A DNA stretch of 64,000 nucleotides. Source: Escherichia phage SKA64. This document shows, piece after piece, positions 62,279-64,000 of this stretch. Both the position numbers and the translations under genes were made by a program. The notes beneath the pieces are model-generated. The model saw only the letters and a program-made list of their open reading frames with translations. It made no database searches and was not told where the DNA came from. Each line of letters starts with the position of its first letter. Positions within the stretch are counted from its first letter, which is position 1. The stretch lies in the sequence record OM362897.1. One strand, written 5' to 3'.

Positions 62279-62752
62279 ATGCTTAAAATGAAAACAGGTA
62301 ATCTTATTGATGCCGCTAAAGCAGGTGAAGTAACTGTTATTGCTCATTGTTGCAATTGTATGTGTAATATGGGGGCAGGTATTGCCCCACAAATCAAACG
62401 AGCATTTCCTTACGCATATGCAGCAGACTTAGACACAATGGCTGGTGATCAAAGTAAACTAGGTTGTTTTAGTTTAGGGGTGCCAGACGAACAATCAGAT
62501 CCTTTGGTATATAATCTATACGGGCAGTATCGTTATGGATACAATGCTAAAGGTCGTCAGTTGGACTATGATGCACTTTACGATGCACTAATAGCTATGG
62601 CTAACGATTTGCTTCTCCGTGACCAAAAATGTAAGATCGGCTTACCTATGATTGGCGCTGGATATGCTGGAGGTAATTGGGCTATCATCCAAGTGATGAT
62701 TGAAGAAACTTTAGTAAAAACAGGTCACGATGTGACTATTTATAAACTTTAA
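62279..62752 (+). CDS. macro domain protein
   Basis: ATG after TAAGGAG; VTVIAHCCNCMCNMGAGIAPQI and IGLPMIGAGYAGGNW macro-like blocks. Confidence 0.7.
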   Translation: MLKMKTGNLIDAAKAGEVTVIAHCCNCMCNMGAGIAPQIKRAFPYAYAADLDTMAGDQSKLGCFSLGVPDEQSDPLVYNLYGQYRYGYNAKGRQLDYDALYDALIAMANDLLLRDQKCKIGLPMIGAGYAGGNWAIIQVMIEETLVKTGHDVTIYKL

Positions 62753-62764
62753 GAGGAGATTAGT

Positions 62765-62986
62765 ATGGGTGTTTTTGCAGGTATTGTTGCAGTGGTAAGC
62801 TTTTTTGTTATTGCTTTTATGCTTAGTTTGATTCCAGCTTGGTTACTGTTGCTGGCTTACAACTATGTTGCTGAAGTTATGGGTCATGCAGATATCACTG
62901 TCCCAGTAACCTTCTGGACCGTGGTTTGTGTTTCGTTTATTCTGGCTGTATTACGAGGAATCTTTTCCTCTCATTCAACAAAATAA
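62765..62986 (+). CDS. small membrane protein
   Basis: ORF track; GAGGAGATTAGT RBS; two hydrophobic helices. Confidence 0.5.
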   Translation: MGVFAGIVAVVSFFVIAFMLSLIPAWLLLLAYNYVAEVMGHADITVPVTFWTVVCVSFILAVLRGIFSSHSTK

Positions 62987-62989
62987 GTG

Positions 62990-63048
62990 TTGACATAGTT
63001 CTTAAAAAGAGTAAGATATATCACATGAAGCGGGGAATAGTTCCCCGC
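62990..63048 (+). promoter_or_regulatory. promoter + leader hairpin cassette (only + strand copy)
   Basis: TTGACA, 16 bp, TAAGAT, then gcggggaatagttccccgc hairpin, then GAGAGGAGAAAAG RBS and ATG 63066. Confidence 0.55.
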
Positions 63049-63065
63049 AAAGAGAGGAGAAAAGA

Positions 63066-64000
63066 ATGCAACTTGGTTTCCCCATTATTGATGTAGTTGT
63101 TTTAGTTGGTATTTTAGCATTGTCTATTGGTATCGATTTCTTTGGTCACAAAGAAAATAAAGAAATTTCATTCAAATCCGCAGTTGATTGGTCGATCTTT
63201 TGGATTGGTGTATCATTAGCTTATTATGGTTTTGTATACTTCCAACATGGTGCCGATTTTGCTAACTTGTTTTTAAGTGGATATGTGTTGGAAAAATCTT
63301 TGTCGGTAGATAACTTAGTAGTATTTGTAGCAGTATTCGCAAGTTTTGGTATTAAAAGCACACACTTGCAGCACAAGATTCTACTTTGGGGTATTGCAGG
63401 TGCGATTGTCTTCCGAGGTGTGTTTGTAGCAGTAGGCACTTACTTGTTAAGTTTGGGCTGGTATGTTAATATCTTCTTCGGTGCGGTCATCCTTTTCTGT
63501 GCAGCTAAAATGGTATTTGCTGGAGATAATGACGCAGAAGTTGATTACTCTAAACACTGGGCTACCCGTATTGTTCGTAAACTGTTCCCTGTATCTAATA
63601 AAATGGATGGGGAGAAGTTCTTCACAATCGAAAATGGTGTTCGTGTAGCAACTCCAGCTTTGGTTTGCGTATTCGTGATGGAAATGGTGGATGTAATCTT
63701 TGCAGTAGATTCGGTTCCAGCGGTGATCGCAGTGACACAAGAACCCCTACTTGTATTCTCTTCGATGTTATGTGCAATCTTAGGTCTACGTGCTCTGTTC
63801 TTTGTTCTTAGTGTCGCACTGAAGTATCTGGTTCACTTGGAGAAAGCAGTTATTGTGGTTCTGGTGTTTGTAGGCGTTAAACTGATGTATCACCCGTTTG
63901 CAGAAACATTGCATGAGAAAATGAGTTTCCTGCCAGCACATATTGATCCAACTATTAGTATGTATATCGTGCTTGGTACTTTGGCCCTTGGTGTTATTGC
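63066..64000 (+). CDS. TerC-family integral membrane protein (partial, runs off window end)
   Basis: open frame from ATG 63066 with no stop to 64000 (absent from track because incomplete); EKSLSVDNL and DVIFAVDSVPAVIAV motifs; multiple TM helices. Confidence 0.75.
   Translation, partial: MQLGFPIIDVVVLVGILALSIGIDFFGHKENKEISFKSAVDWSIFWIGVSLAYYGFVYFQHGADFANLFLSGYVLEKSLSVDNLVVFVAVFASFGIKSTHLQHKILLWGIAGAIVFRGVFVAVGTYLLSLGWYVNIFFGAVILFCAAKMVFAGDNDAEVDYSKHWATRIVRKLFPVSNKMDGEKFFTIENGVRVATPALVCVFVMEMVDVIFAVDSVPAVIAVTQEPLLVFSSMLCAILGLRALFFVLSVALKYLVHLEKAVIVVLVFVGVKLMYHPFAETLHEKMSFLPAHIDPTISMYIVLGTLALGVI

Overview
This 64 kb window looks like the early / accessory region of a large virulent phage, probably of a Gram-negative host (sigma70-type promoters, several Sec signal peptides; about 39-40% GC by eye). 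No capsid or tail genes, tRNA, rRNA, CRISPR array or tyrosine integrase were recognised. Coding is dense and falls into three transcription blocks: + strand 1-11.6 kb, - strand 11.65-48.6 kb, + strand 48.7-64 kb, with a convergent terminator at about 11.59 kb and a divergent promoter region at about 48.6-48.7 kb. Recognisable products are anaerobic ribonucleotide reductase NrdD with its activase NrdG, a UvrD-like helicase, an AAA ATPase, a small serine recombinase, a PPP-family phosphatase, an HslV-like peptidase, two short methyltransferase-like proteins, and a scattered set of NAD / ADP-ribose enzymes (Sir2, NADAR, macro domain, PRTase-fold, HAD-like). The window ends in a partial TerC-family membrane protein. 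Most other ORFs are small orphans, including a six-member paralog family and several 33-55 aa peptides missing from the ORF track. The most distinctive feature is a family of about 25 promoter plus GC-hairpin cassettes, almost all on the - strand between 30.6 and 41.2 kb, with compensatory stem changes between copies. Two large non-coding loci (28.17-29.73 kb and 41.54-42.26 kb) carry iterons, palindromes, a C-depleted tract, Fur-box-like motifs and a candidate small RNA. Coordinates of elements not taken from the ORF track were counted by hand and may be off by 1-2 nt; domain calls are motif-level recognition, not database searches.
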